This document shows positions 1 to 13,358 of a stretch of DNA of 64,000 nt, one piece after another. Each line of letters begins with the position of its first letter. Within the stretch, counting starts at the first letter, position 1. The notes under the pieces are model-generated. The model was not told the DNA's origin and searched no databases. It saw nothing but the letters and a program-made list of their open reading frames with translations. This DNA is from Antedon mediterranea (lineage: Eukaryota > Animalia > Echinodermata), in contig NC_092674.1 of assembly GCF_964355755.1 (NCBI RefSeq), forward strand, positions 16,988,001 to 17,052,000. Reading direction: 5' to 3'. The translations under genes and the position numbers were made by a program.

Positions 1-82
1 TGAAAATTCAACTGATAATGCATCTAATGAATCAGTAGTTAACATAGACACCCAAAGTGGTAATGATGTAAAGGTAGATGCT

Positions 83-707
83 ATGAAAGTTAATTTAGGA
101 TCAATTACGACTCATGAGAATAGCCTAATAAGTATGGTGCAAGCCATGGCTCTACCCAAAGCCCACGTAAGAAAGTTTGAGGGTGATGCGCTGTACTACT
201 ACACATTTATCGCATCCTTTAATAACAGTGTTAGTTGCATAACTGACCCAAGTATAAAATTAAATGTTCTAAGGTCTTTATGTTGTGGCCGAGCACTTGA
301 CGCCACTGAATTCTGTGTTCTTAAACCGCCTGCTGAGGGCCTTGAATCTGCTTTGGCCACACTGAAGAAACGGTTCGGCAACAGCGCAACCATAGTACAG
401 GCTTGGATACAAAAAATAGTAGCTAGGCCTAAGGTTGAGCCTACAAAAATCGAAGGTTATGCTGACGACCTAACCAATTGTTTCCAAGCGCTGGAGGCCC
501 TACGATACCTACAAGAGCTAAACAACCAGGGAAGCCTAAAAACAATAATAGAGAAACTGCCTAAATTTCTGCAGCAGAGATGGACTCGCGAGGTCTTCAA
601 GATGCGAGAGAGGGATAGGATACCATGTTTAAAGGATGTTGTTACATTTGTAAGGTCATCTGCAAGCGAAATGAGCGACCCAGTGTTCGGAACTGCCCTA
701 GAGAGTT
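83..707 (+). pseudogene. gag: BEL/Pao gag N-terminal part (DUF1759-like), cut by LINE insertion
   Basis: Motifs LPKAHVRKFEGD, LKKRFGN, IIEKLPKFLQQRW, DPVFG. The ORF runs into the LINE poly(T) at 706. Removing the LINE and one TSD gives in-frame ...GTALES-YKPSKPGEKTTGRVLQTEATM... joining ORF 34033. Confidence 0.88.
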
Positions 708-1076
708 TTTTTTTTCTCTTTTGTGTCGCAAACACCACTTTTATTCACATTCATATTATCTCATATTACATAAAATCGTATTATTTAACTTGTAAATGTC
801 GTTACAGTTCATAAGTAACATTTTTACATATATGAATTCTGTATTACTCCTTTTTTCATTAATTTTCTTATATTTTGTTATATACTTGACAGGATCATCA
901 TTATCATCTATCCCGTTTTAAAATAGTTCACACATTTTCATTTGTTTGTTTTCATTTTACAACCCGGATTATACAAATATATTTATATACATGATAAAAA
1001 AAACAATAATAGCTCAGTACCACCAGTAACCCGTATCACTGTAATTCCTTTTCGGTTAATCGTATCAAATTAGAAT

Positions 1077-3867
1077 TTATATTATCATAATCTTATTTCT
1101 TAAAGCTACCCATTTTTCTATACTTGTTTCTTTATTGTTATATGTTTCACATTCAATGTTATATAACATATTGCTTTTAAATGAATTCCATAAAGATTTA
1201 CTCACTGGCTTATTTAGTGCAGATAACATTTTTATTCTATAAATAGTAAATGCTGCAAAAGTGTAAATATAATCTATTAGCTTATCTCCCGTTCCTAGTA
1301 TTAATTGTTTAAATGATATATTATTGTGATTTAAACTTACAAAGATACTAAGCATTTTCCTCCAATATTTCTGAATAAATCTACAACTAAAAAACAAATG
1401 ATTTTCATTTTCAATTTCTCCACATTTGTCACACGTTTGTGTTTCCTTAACTTTCCACTGATACAGCCGTTTGTTGGTAGGCAGTATTCTATGTAACATC
1501 TTATAATTGAATTGTGCTAGTTTCGTATCTTTCATTTTACATACTTTCCGTAACCAAGAAGTTTTCCAATCAATGTTGTTATCATTGAAGTACTCTTCCC
1601 ATTTTAGTTGTGACATTGGAATAATGAAATATTCTTTCACAAACCATGAGTATATTAGTTTGGTAGTATTAATCTCATACTTAGTCCCAACTACTTCATC
1701 ATTATCATCACAATTGAAAATATCTACCTCCTTAATAATACGTTTCCATTGAATTGGTATTGCCTTAATAATGCACAAATACTCATTTAACCAGTTTGTT
1801 TTACATTGTAGTTTCACCAGTATTTCGTTCGATGTTAAAAAAGTGTTCTTATTAACAATGTCTTTAATACTGATAATGCCACTGTCAATCCAATGCTTGT
1901 AGAAAAGCGTTTTTTTTTTAGTTTAACGTAGTGGTTTCCCCACAGTTGCTCATTCATTATATCGTTATAAGTTTCAGGTTTTTTTTTAGAGATTCTGTTA
2001 TAATTTATGTAGGCTTTTATCATATTTTTGTAAAAAAGTGGAATTTTATCAGAATTAACATCAATAATGTTATAACATGACATATTAAGTAAAACATTAA
2101 CATCACATATTTTTTTAATATAATACATTGGAATATTTTTCCATTTAGCACCATCATCATTCATAATTCTTTTTAACCAGCCACACATGAGTGCGTTAAC
2201 ATGAAGAGTAAAATCAGGCATTTTAATGCCTCCCATCTCAACATCACCAATTAGAGTTTTTCTTTTTATCTTTTCCCTTTTATTGTTCCAAATAAAATTA
2301 TATATTAGATTTGTAACTTGTGTATATACATATTTTGGAACATCAGTGATATTTGCAGCATATGTTAATTTAGATAGTGCAAGACTTTTCAGGATTATTA
2401 TTCTACCAAAAATTGAGAGATTTCTAGCATTCCATTGTTTTAAAGTCTTTTCTAGCTCTATTAATTTAACATCCCAGTTTTTTCTGGTACATTCTTCTGT
2501 ATTATACCCTACATATATGCCTAAAATTTTGATCGGGTGTTTTACCCAATTTAATTCTAAAGGTCTATCTATTCTGTTCTTCCATTTACCAATCCAAAAA
2601 GCATTGGTTTTTTTTTTATTTAGTGTCATTCCAGATACTTCACAAAAACGTTCAATTACACTGACTGCTGACTTAATACTTTTGTCATTACCAACCTACA
2701 AAACAGTATCATCGGCTAATTGGCTTATTCTAGCTTCTATGTTATTTTCATTATTTGGAAGTTTAATACCCTTATAGTCATCTTTGTTTCTTATTCTAGA
2801 TGCCATTACTTCAACCACTAAAATGAATAACAGAGCAGATAGAGGACAACCTTGTCTAATAGTTCTTTCCATTTTAAAATTGTTTGAAACCCAACCATTG
2901 TTAACTGTGACACATTCAACGTTATTGTATAATACTTTTACCCAGTTACAAAAGAACATTCCAAAGTTAAACTTTTCTAGAACATTGAACATAAAATCTC
3001 TACTAATAGAGTCAAAAGCCTTCTTAAAATCTACGGTAATTATTGCCCCTTCGATATCATTACACTCTGTATAATAAAGCAGGTCTTCTATTAACCGAAT
3101 GTTTTCACCAGCGAAACGGCCTTTTATATAACCTTTTTGGTCTGAACTTACTATTGATTTAATAACCATTTTAAGTCTGTTACTTAATACATGTGCAAGA
3201 ATTTTGTAATCGGTGTTTAAGAGGGTAATGGGACGCCAATTATTCAAATTTTCTCTTTCTCCATCCTTGAACAAAAGGGTGATTACACCTCGTTTTTGCG
3301 AAAAGGATAATTCTTGAGAATTATAACTTTCATTTAACGCATCGCAAATTAAATGTTTAATATTATTCCAAAAGAACACATAAAATTCAACACTTAGACC
3401 ATCCGATCCAGGTGTTTTATTTTTTTCCACCATTGAAATGGCCTTTTTACATTCATCAATAGTGACGTAACCTTAACAATTTTCTTTTTCTATTTCTGAA
3501 AGCTTGTTTATAATAGAATTACAAAGGTATTTATTAATTTTTCCAGGGTTTATAACATTTTTTGCGTATAAACCTTCGAAATGTTGTATTTGTTCCTTTA
3601 AAATATCAATTGGGCTCGTTGCTAAGCTCCCATCTTTAGTAATTAAACTTTTTATGTGTTTCTTTTTACTTTTGGATCTTTCTAACCCAAGAAAGTATTT
3701 TGTATTCCGCTCGCCTTCCTCTATCCATTTTACTCTGGACCTAATTTGCGCGCCTTTTGCTTCTACATTATAAATGTTTTCAAGCTCTATTTTTTTGTTT
3801 TCAATTTTATTTTCAATGGTTATATCACAATTTTGAGTATTCATAATTGTTTCATTTAAGTTTTTTA
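1077..3867 (-). pseudogene. Tx1/L1 ORF2 3' part: reverse transcriptase and C-terminal zinc finger, with frameshifts/stops
   Basis: ORFs 3473-3937, 2696-3433, 1835-2629 and 1077-1817 carry GAQIRSRVKWIEEGERNTKYF, KTPGSDGL, NWRPITLLNTDYKI, DFKKAFDSI, RQGCPLS, QLADD and CDKCGEIENENHLFFSC. Confidence 0.92.
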
Positions 3868-3923
3868 TCCGCACTTTGGCGGATAACCTCTTGTTATTGT
3901 CAGGATCTTTTTTTTTTTTCTTT

Positions 3924-5505
3924 TTAGTTATCCGCAACGAAGTTGCAGGATAACTCCTTGTGATTGTACGAAATCAACATCTTTTTTTTCTTTATCTTCT
4001 TTCTTTCTGTAATTTTTTGTGTCACGCATATCTGTAAAACTTGCAAACATAACATTTCGTAACTTTCTCAACATATCGCCATTCATATGAAGTTGTGCAG
4101 CGAACCTTTTCAGGATGTTTACAATTGCGCAACGTGACTTACGCGCGATTTTATGAATTTCGGGTATTTAACATAGGTCAAAAACCAAACAACATCTTAA
4201 CTTGAAATTTTGCAAAAGTTAAATTTATATCATGCGCAAACTTTCTGTTGGAAAAAAATTGCGTGTTTTACACAAAGTTACGCGCGCACGCGCATTTAAA
4301 ACTTTAAAATGCGCAAAATTTATTTCTAATCAACTTTCTACGCGTTTCATGTCATTTTAAGCATGTCAAAAATTCCAACGCACGTGCACAATTTTACGCG
4401 CGCGGTGCGCATGTAGAGGTAACAACATATTTTTTTTGCATGATTTATGTTTTTCTAGCCTTTTCTAGTAATTTTACCAACTTTTAAACAATTTAGACTT
4501 AAAGTAACGTCATACGAGCACGTCGAATTGGCCAATTTGTGCGCGTTTTTTTATGAAAAAGTTCAAAAATTCGTCAAAATTATGCCTTTTTTTAAACAGT
4601 TGTAATTTCTAAACTGCACGGTCAACTTTTTGTGGATGACATTTTCTGGAAGTTAATGAGTTTTAGATATCGGATCATGTATTAATATGGCTAACCGGAC
4701 ATTGTGAAGTCATCGTATGGCCACGCTAATATAAAATTTAGGATTTTTGTATATTTCGTCATAGCTCATCACATTTAATAGAGCGCATCTCCACTTATCC
4801 GTTTTCCATTTTCACCCCGATTTTGATATTGTCTAGGTCAAGCAACTGTCTTTCGCATGAGTTAAAAATATTTTATTTTTTTTGACGTCATCATGCCTAA
4901 AAATTGAAATTACGTGTGGCATTAATTTCATCTTTACAGTAAATTTTGAACTGTTATTGCTCGTAAGAATAAAATGTGATAATCACAATTAAAACTTTTT
5001 CCGGAAGCTATTGGATTGTAGATATGAAATCATGTAAAAATTTTGCCAATCGGATGTTGTGACGTCATCATATGGCCAGTTAAATGAAAAAAGTCGTATT
5101 TTCATCTTTTGCGTCATAGTTCATCACATTTAAAAGAGCGCGCATCTATATTTCACGTATTCAAATTTCTTCTACACGTTAATATGTTGTTGCTGAGATA
5201 ATTTGCTTCCGAAATTGCTATCTTAGTGTTTCATTTTGATACCGTCGCCATGTTAAAAATTGGAATAAATGGCAGGTCCCATAATTTCACTTATTCTACG
5301 CTGTATGTAATATGTATACATATTATACTATATATACTATATGACACAAAATTGACAGAATTAAGCACTAACAACATATCATATTCTTCAGTTCAGGTCA
5401 TAATGCCATAATCTTTTTCTGTGTGCAATATTCCAACGTATGACGTGCACGTGACGTTTGTCGTGCGGATAACTAACTCGTCAAAGTGACGAGTTACATG
5501 TCTAG
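3924..5505 (+). mobile_element. Unit 2 (uninterrupted)
   Basis: Starts TTAGTTATCCGCAACGAAGTTGC, ends ACATGTCTAG. Confidence 0.85.
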
Positions 5506-7102
5506 TTAGTTATCCGCATTGAGCGGATAACTCCTTGTAACTGTCCTGTTTCATCATCTTTTTTTTTTTTTTTTTCTGTATTCTTCTTTCTTTCTGTCAT
5601 TTTTGTGTCTCGCGTAACTCAAAAACGTGTAAACATAACATTTCATTACTTTGTCAACATGTGGGCATTTACGTGAAATTGTGCACCTCCTATTTTTGAA
5701 TGACGTCAGAGTTGCGCAACATGACTTACGCGCGTTTTTCCGAATTTCGCGTATTTAACATAGATCGAAAACCATATAACAATTTAAATTGAAACTGAAA
5801 AAAAGTTTAAGTTATATCTTGCGCTAACTGACTATGGGGAAAAAATGGCATGTTCCACACGAAGTTACGCGCGCACGCGCGTTTAAAATTTCAAATTGCG
5901 AAAAATCAATTTCTAATCAACTTTCTACGCGTTTCATGTCATTTTAAGCATGTAAAAAATTCCAACGCGCGCGCTTTTTTTTTACGCGCGTGGTGCGAAC
6001 GTAGCGTTGAAAACAATTTTTCTCTCGTGATTTATGTTTTCAAGCCTTTTATAGTAATTTTACCAACTTTGAAACAATTTCAACTTCAAATTACGTCATA
6101 CGGGCACGTCGAATTGGATAATTTATGTACGTTTTTGAGAAAAAAGTTCAAAAATTTGTCAAAATTATACCTTTTTTTAAACAATCATAGATTCTAAACT
6201 ACGAGGTGAACTTTGTTTAAATTACATATCCAGGAAGATGATAAGTTGTAGATAAGGAATCATGCATTGATATGGCAAACCGGACATTGTGACGTCATCG
6301 TATGGCCACGCGAATATAAAATATAGAATTTTTGTATCTTTCGTCATAGCGCATCTCATTTAATAGAGCGCCTCTCCACTTATCCGTTTTCAATTTTCAC
6401 CCCGATTTTGACATTGTCTAGGTCAATCACCTATCTTTCGCATGAGTTAAAAATATTTTAATTTTTATGACGTCATCATGTCTAAAAATGTAAATAACGT
6501 GGGTCACTTATATTTATCTTTACAGTAAATTTTAATCTGTTATAGCTCATCAGAATAAAATGTGATAATCACGATTAAAACGTTTTCTGGAAGCTATTGG
6601 ATTTTAGATACGAATTCATGTAAACATTTTGCCAATCGGATGTTGTGACGTCATCATATGGCCAGTTGAATAAAAAAAGACGTATTTTCATATTTTGCGT
6701 AATAGTTCATCACATTTAAAAGGGTGCGCATCTATATTTTACGTATTCAAATTTCTTCTACACGTTGATATGCTGTTCCTGAGATAATTTCCTTCTGAAA
6801 TTGCTATCTAAGTGTTTCATTTTGATACCGTCGCCATGTTAAAAATTGGAATAAATGGCGGGTCCCGTAATTCCACCTATTCTACACTGTATGTAATATG
6901 TATACAGATTATACTGTTTGCATGTATATACTATATGACACAAAATTGACAGAATTCAGCACTAACAGCATATCATATTCTTCAGTTCTTGTCATAATGC
7001 CATAATCTTTATCTGTGTGCAATATTCCAACGTATGACGTGCACGTGGCGTTTGTCGTGGTGCGGATAACTAACTCGTCAATGTGACGAGTTTCATGTCT
7101 AG
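5506..7102 (+). mobile_element. Unit 3 (uninterrupted)
   Basis: Starts TTAGTTATCCGCATTGAGCGG, ends TCATGTCTAG. Confidence 0.85.
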
Positions 7103-8665
7103 TTAGTTATCCGCATTTAGCGGATAACTCCTTGTAACTGTCCTGTGTCTTTTTTGGCATTATTCTTCGATCTTTCTCCCTCACTTTTTGTGCAGAGCGT
7201 ATCTCTAAAATGGGTAAACATAACATTTCATAACTTTGTCAACATATGGGCATTTACGTGAAGTTGTGCACCTCCTATTTTTGAATGACGTCATAGTTAC
7301 GCAACGTGACTTACGCGTGATTTTATGATTTTTTTAAATTGATGATAGATTTAAAACCAAGTGTAATTTTGTTTTGACACTTTGTGAACATTTAAGTCAT
7401 ATCAAGGGCAAACTTTTTGTGCAAAAAAAATGGCATGTTTTACAAGAAGTTACGCGCGCACGCGCGTTTAAAATTTTAAAATGCGAAAAACCAATTTCTA
7501 ATCAACTTTCTACGCGTTTCTTGTCATTTTGAGCATGTCAAAAATTCCCACGCATGCGCAAATTTTTACGCGCGCGGTACCCACGTAGCGTTAAAAATAT
7601 ACTTTTTCCACGTGATTTATGTTTTTTCAGCCTTTTCTAGTAATTTTACCAACTTTTAAACAATTTAGACTTAAAATTACGTCATACGAGGACGCAGAAT
7701 TGGATAATTTGTGCGCGTTTTTGATGAAAAAGTTCAAAAATTCGTCAAAATCATGCCCTTTTTTAAACAGTCGTAGTTTCTAAACTAAACGGTGAAAGTT
7801 ATTTTTATTACATATTCTGGAAGTTGATGAGTTGTAGATATCGGTTCATGCTTTAATATGGCGAACCGAACATTGTGACGTCATCGTATGGCCACGCGAA
7901 TATAAAATATAGGATTTTTGTATCTTTCATCATAGCTCATCACATTTAATAGAGCGCATCTCCACTTATCTGTTTTTCATTTTTATCCCGATTTTTATAT
8001 TTTCTAGGTCAATCAACTATCAATCGCATGAGTTAAAAATATTTTAATTTTTATGACGTCATGATGTCTAAAAATGTAAATAACCTGGGTCACTTATTTT
8101 CATCTTTACAGTAAATTTCAATCTGTTATAGCTCGTCAGAATAAAACGTGATAATCATGATTAAAACATTTTGAGGAAGCTATTGGATTGCAGATACGAA
8201 TTCATGTAAACATTTTGCCAATTAGATGTTGTGACGTCATCATATGGCCAGTTAAATAAAAAAAGTCGTATTTTGATCTTTTGCATCATAGTTCATTACA
8301 TTTAAAAGAGCACGCATCAATATTTAACATATTCAAATTTCTTAAACACGTTAATATGTTGTTGCTGAGATAATTTCCTTCCGAAATTGCTACCTTAGTT
8401 TTTCATTTTGAAACCGTCAACATTAAAAATTGGAATAAATAGCGGGTCCCGTAATTTCACCTATTCTACACTGTATGTGATATGTATACAGATTATACTG
8501 TGTATGACACAAAATAACAGAATTCAGCAATAACAACATATCATATTCTTCAGTTCAGGTCATAATGCCATAATTTTTCTGTGTGCAATATTCCAACGTA
8601 TGACGTGCACGTGACGTTTGTCGTGCGGATAACTAACTCGTCAAAGTGACGAGTTTCATGTCTAG
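7103..8665 (+). mobile_element. Unit 4 (uninterrupted)
   Basis: Starts TTAGTTATCCGCATTTAGCGG, ends TCATGTCTAG. Confidence 0.85.
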
Positions 8666-8794
8666 TTGGTTATCCGCAACTTAGTTGCAGGATAACCCAT
8701 GTGATTGTAAATATCTTTTTTTTTCATCTTCTTTGTTATTAGTTATCCGCTTAGTAGCGGATAACTCCTTGTAATCGTCCTGTTACTTTTTTTT

Positions 8795-9949
8795 TTAGTT
8801 ATCCGCATTTAGCGGATAACTCCTGTGTCTTTTTTTTTTTTTTCATTATTCTTCAGTCTTTCTCCCTCACTTTTTGTGCAGAGCGTATCTCTAAAATGGG
8901 TAAACATAACATTTCATAACTTTGTCAACATATATGCATTTACGTGAAGTTGTGCACCTCCTATTTTTGAATGACGTCATAGTTACGCAACGTGACTTAC
9001 GCGTGATTTTATGATTTTTTTAAATTGATCATAGATTTAAAACCAAGCGTAATTTTGTTTTTACATTTTGTGAAAATTTAAGTCATATCAAGGGCAAACT
9101 GTTTGTGCACAAAAAATTGCATGTTTTACAAGAAGTTACGCGCGCACGCGCGTTTGAAATTTTAAAGTGCGAAAAATTAATTTCTAATCAACTTTCTACG
9201 CGTTTCATGTCATTTTAAGCATGTAAAAAATTCCCACGCATGCGCAAATTTTTACGTGTGCGGTGCGCACGTAGCATTAAAAACATATATTTTTTGCGTG
9301 ATTTATGTTTTTCCAGCCTTTTCTAGTAATTTTACCAACTTTTAAACAATTTCGACTTAAAGTTACGTCATACGAGCACGTCGAATTGGACAATTTGCAC
9401 ACGTTTTTGATGAAAAAGTACAACAATTTGTCAAAATTATGCCTTTTTTTAAACAATCGTAATTTCTAAACTACACGGTCAACTTTTTGTGGATGACATA
9501 TTCTGGAAGTTGATGAGTTGTAGATATCGGATCATGTATTAATATGGCTAACCGGACATTTTAACGTCATCGTATGGCCACACGAATATAAAATTGAGGA
9601 TTTTTGTATCTTTCGTCATAGCTCATCACATTTAATAGAGCGCATCTCCACTTATACATTTTCCATTTTCACCCCGATTTTGATATTGTCTAGGTCAATC
9701 AACTATCTTTCGCATGAGTTAAAAATATTTTAATTGTTATGACGTCATCGTGCCTAAAAATTTAAATTACATGTGGCATTAATTTCATCTTTACAGTAAA
9801 TTTTAATCTGTTATAGCTCGTAAGAATAAAATGTGATAATCACGATTAAAACGTTTTCTGGAAGCGATTGGATTGTAGATACGAAATCATGTAAAAAATT
9901 TTCCAATCGGAACTAACTAACTCGTCAAAGTGACGAGTTTCATGTCTGG
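8795..9949 (+). mobile_element. Unit 7 (internal deletion near 9911, ends CTGG)
   Basis: Body jumps from CCAATCGGA straight to AACTAACTCGTCAAAG. Confidence 0.8.
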
Positions 9950-9953
9950 TTTT

Positions 9954-9997
9954 TTAGTTATCCGCTTAGTAGCGGATAACTCCTTGTAATCGTCCTG

Positions 9998-10033
<36 letters not shown>

Positions 10034-11812
10034 CTTATTTCTTTCTCCCTCATTTTTGTGCCTCACGTATCTCAAAAACTTGTAAACATAACATTTCATA
10101 ACTTTGTCAACATATGGGCATTTACGTGAAGTTGTGCACCTCCTATTTTTGAATGACGTCAGAGTTGCGCAACGTGACTTACGTGCGATTTTATGATTTT
10201 TTATGATTGATCATAGACTAAAAACCAAGCATAAATTTGTTTTGAGACTTTGTGAAAATTTAAGTCATATCAAGGGCAAACTTTTTGTGGATTAAAAATG
10301 CCATGTTTTACAAGACGTTACGCGCGCACGCGCATTTCTCCTCTATTTTTGTATCTCGCGTATCTCAAAAACGTGTAAACATAACATTTCATAACTTTGT
10401 CAACATATGGGCATTCACGTGAAGTTGTGCACCTCCTATTGTGAATGACGTCAGAAATGCGCAACGTGACTTACGCACGATTTTATGAATTTCGCGTATT
10501 TAACATAGATTTAAAACCATATAACAATTTAAATTGAAACTTAGCAAAACTTTAATTTATATCATGCGCTAACTTTTTGTGGAAAAAAATTGCGTGTTTT
10601 ACACAAAGTTACGCGCGCACGCGCATTTAAAATTCAAAATGCGCAAAATTAATTTTTAATCAACTTTCTACGCTGATCATGACATTTTGACCATGTCAAA
10701 ATTTCCCACGCGCGCGAACAATTTTATGCGCGTGGTGCGCACGTAGCGCTAAAAGTATTTTTTTAAAATTGAATTATGTTTTTCCAGCCTTTTATAGTAA
10801 TTTTACAAATTTTAAAACAATTTCGACTTACAATTACGTCATACGGGCACGTTGAATTGGATACTTTACGTGCGTTTTTGATGAAAAAGTTCAAAAATTT
10901 GTCAAAATTATGCCTTTTTTTAAACAGTCATAGATTCTAAACAACGAGGTGAACTTTTTTTAAATTACATATTCTGGAAGTTGATGAGTTGTAGAAATCG
11001 GATCATGAATCAATATGGCTAACCGGACATTGTGACGTCATCGTATGGCCACACGAATGTAAAATATAGGATTTTTGTCTTTTTCGTTATTGCTCATCAT
11101 ATTCAATGGAGCGCATCACGCCTATCTGTATTCCTTTTTCTCTGAGATTTTAATTTTGTCTAGGTCAATCAACTATCTTACGCATGAGTTAAAAATATTT
11201 TAATTTTTATGACGTCACCATGCCTAAAAATTTTAATTAACAGCGTCATTAATTTCATCTTTACAGTAAATTTTAATCTGTTATAGCTCGTAAGAATAAA
11301 ATGTGATAATCACGATTAAAACGTTTTCAGGAAGCTATGGGATTGTAGATACGAAATCATGTGAACTTTTCGCCAATCAGATGTTGTGACGTCATCATAT
11401 GGCCAGTTAAATAAACAAAGTCATATTTTCATCTTTTGCGTCATAGTTCTTTACATTTAAAAAAGCGCGCATTAATATTTCACGTATTCAAATTTCTTCT
11501 AAACGTTAATATGTTGTTGCTGAGATAATTTTCTTCCGAAATTACTACTGTACCTTCGCGTTTCCTTTTGAAAATTAAAATAAAATACGGGTCCCGTAAT
11601 TTCACCTATTTTACACTGTTTGTGACATGTATACAGATTATACTGTGTATACTATATGACAGAAAATATACAGCATTCAGCACTAACAACATATCATATT
11701 CTTCAGTTCAGGTCATAATGACATAATCTTTTCGGTGTGCAATATTCCAACGTATGACGTGCACGTGGCGTTTGTCGTGCGGATAACTAACTCGTCAAAG
11801 TGACGAGTTTCA
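9954..11812 (+). mobile_element. Unit 8 (body restarts at ~10336; terminal TGTCTAG missing)
   Basis: TATCTCAAAAAC..GTAAACATAAC occurs at ~10068 and again at ~10361. Ends GAGTTTCA directly before the next TTGG head. Confidence 0.75.
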
Positions 11813-13358
11813 TTGGTTATCCGCAACGAAGTTGCAGGATAACCTCTTGTGATTGTACGAAATCATTCTGTATGATTTTTGTGTAACGCTTTTCTCTAAA
11901 ACTCGCAAACATAACATTTCGGTAACTATCTTAACATATTGACATTTACGTAACGTCGTCAAGCGAAGCTTTTCATGACGTTTACAATTGCGCAACGTGA
12001 CTTACGCGCGATTTAACGATTTTGTCGTATTTAACATAGCTCGACCACCAAATAACATTTCAACTTGAAACTTTGCAAAAGTTTAATTTATATCATGCGC
12101 TAACTTTCTGTTGAAAAAAAATTCCGTGTTTTACACAAAGTTACGCGCGCACGCGCATTTAAAATTTCAAAATGCGCAAAATTAATTTCTAATCAACTTT
12201 CTACGCGTTTCATGTCGTTTTAAGCATGTCAAAAATTCCCACGCGTGCGCACATTTTTACGTGTGCGGTGCGCACGTAGCATGGAAAACGTATTTTTTCG
12301 CGTGATTTATGTTTTTCCAGCTTTTTCTAGTAATTTTACCAAATTTTAAACAATTTCGACTTAAAGATACGTCATACGAGCACGTCGAATTGGACAATTT
12401 GCGCGCGTTTTTTATGAAAAGGTTAAAAAATTCGTTTAAAATATGCCGTTTTTTAAACAGTCGTAATTTCTAAACTAGACGGTCAAATTTTTGTGGATGA
12501 CATATTCTAGAAGTAGATGAGTTGTAGATATCGGATCAGGTATTAATATGGCTAACCGGACATTGTGACGTCATCGTATGGCCACGCGAATATAAAATTT
12601 AGGATTTTTGTATCTTTCGTCATAGCTCATCACATTGAATAGAGCGCATCTCCACTTATCCGTTTTCCATTTTCACCCCGATTTTGATATTGTCTAGGTC
12701 AATCAACTATCTTTCGCATGAGTTAAAAAATATTTAATTTTTTTGACGTCATCATGCCTAAAAATTTAAATCACGTGTGGCATCAATTTCATCTTTACAG
12801 TAAATTTTAATCTGTTATAGCTCGTAAAAATAAAATATGATAATCACGATTAAAACTTTTTCTGGAAGCTATTGGATTGTAGATACGAAATTATGTAAAA
12901 ATGTTGCCAATCGGATGTTGTGACGTCATCCTATGGCCAGTTAAATAAAAAAGGTCGTATTTTCATCTTTTGCGTCATAATTCATTACATTTAAAAGAGC
13001 GAGCATCAATATTTCACGTATTCAAATTTCTCCTACACGCTAATACGTTGTTGCTGAGATAATTTCCTTTCGGAATTGCTACCTTCGCGTTTCATTTTAA
13101 AACCGTCAACATGTTAAAAATTGCAATAAATACCGGGTCCCGTAATTTCACCTATTCTACACTGTATGTGATATGGATACAGATTATACTGTGTATACTA
13201 TATATGAATTTAAATAATAAAATTCAGCAATAACAACATATCATATTCTTCAGTTCAGGTCATAATGCCAACGTGAACACTTCCTTTTGTCCTCAACCTA
13301 TCTCCTTAATGTTAATGTTGCACCACTTGCGCGGCGGATAACCAAACTCGTCAAAGTG
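11813..13358 (+). mobile_element. Unit 9 (fused to near-identical unit 10)
   Basis: Junction AAACTCGTCAAAGTG|CAGGATAACC. Confidence 0.8.
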
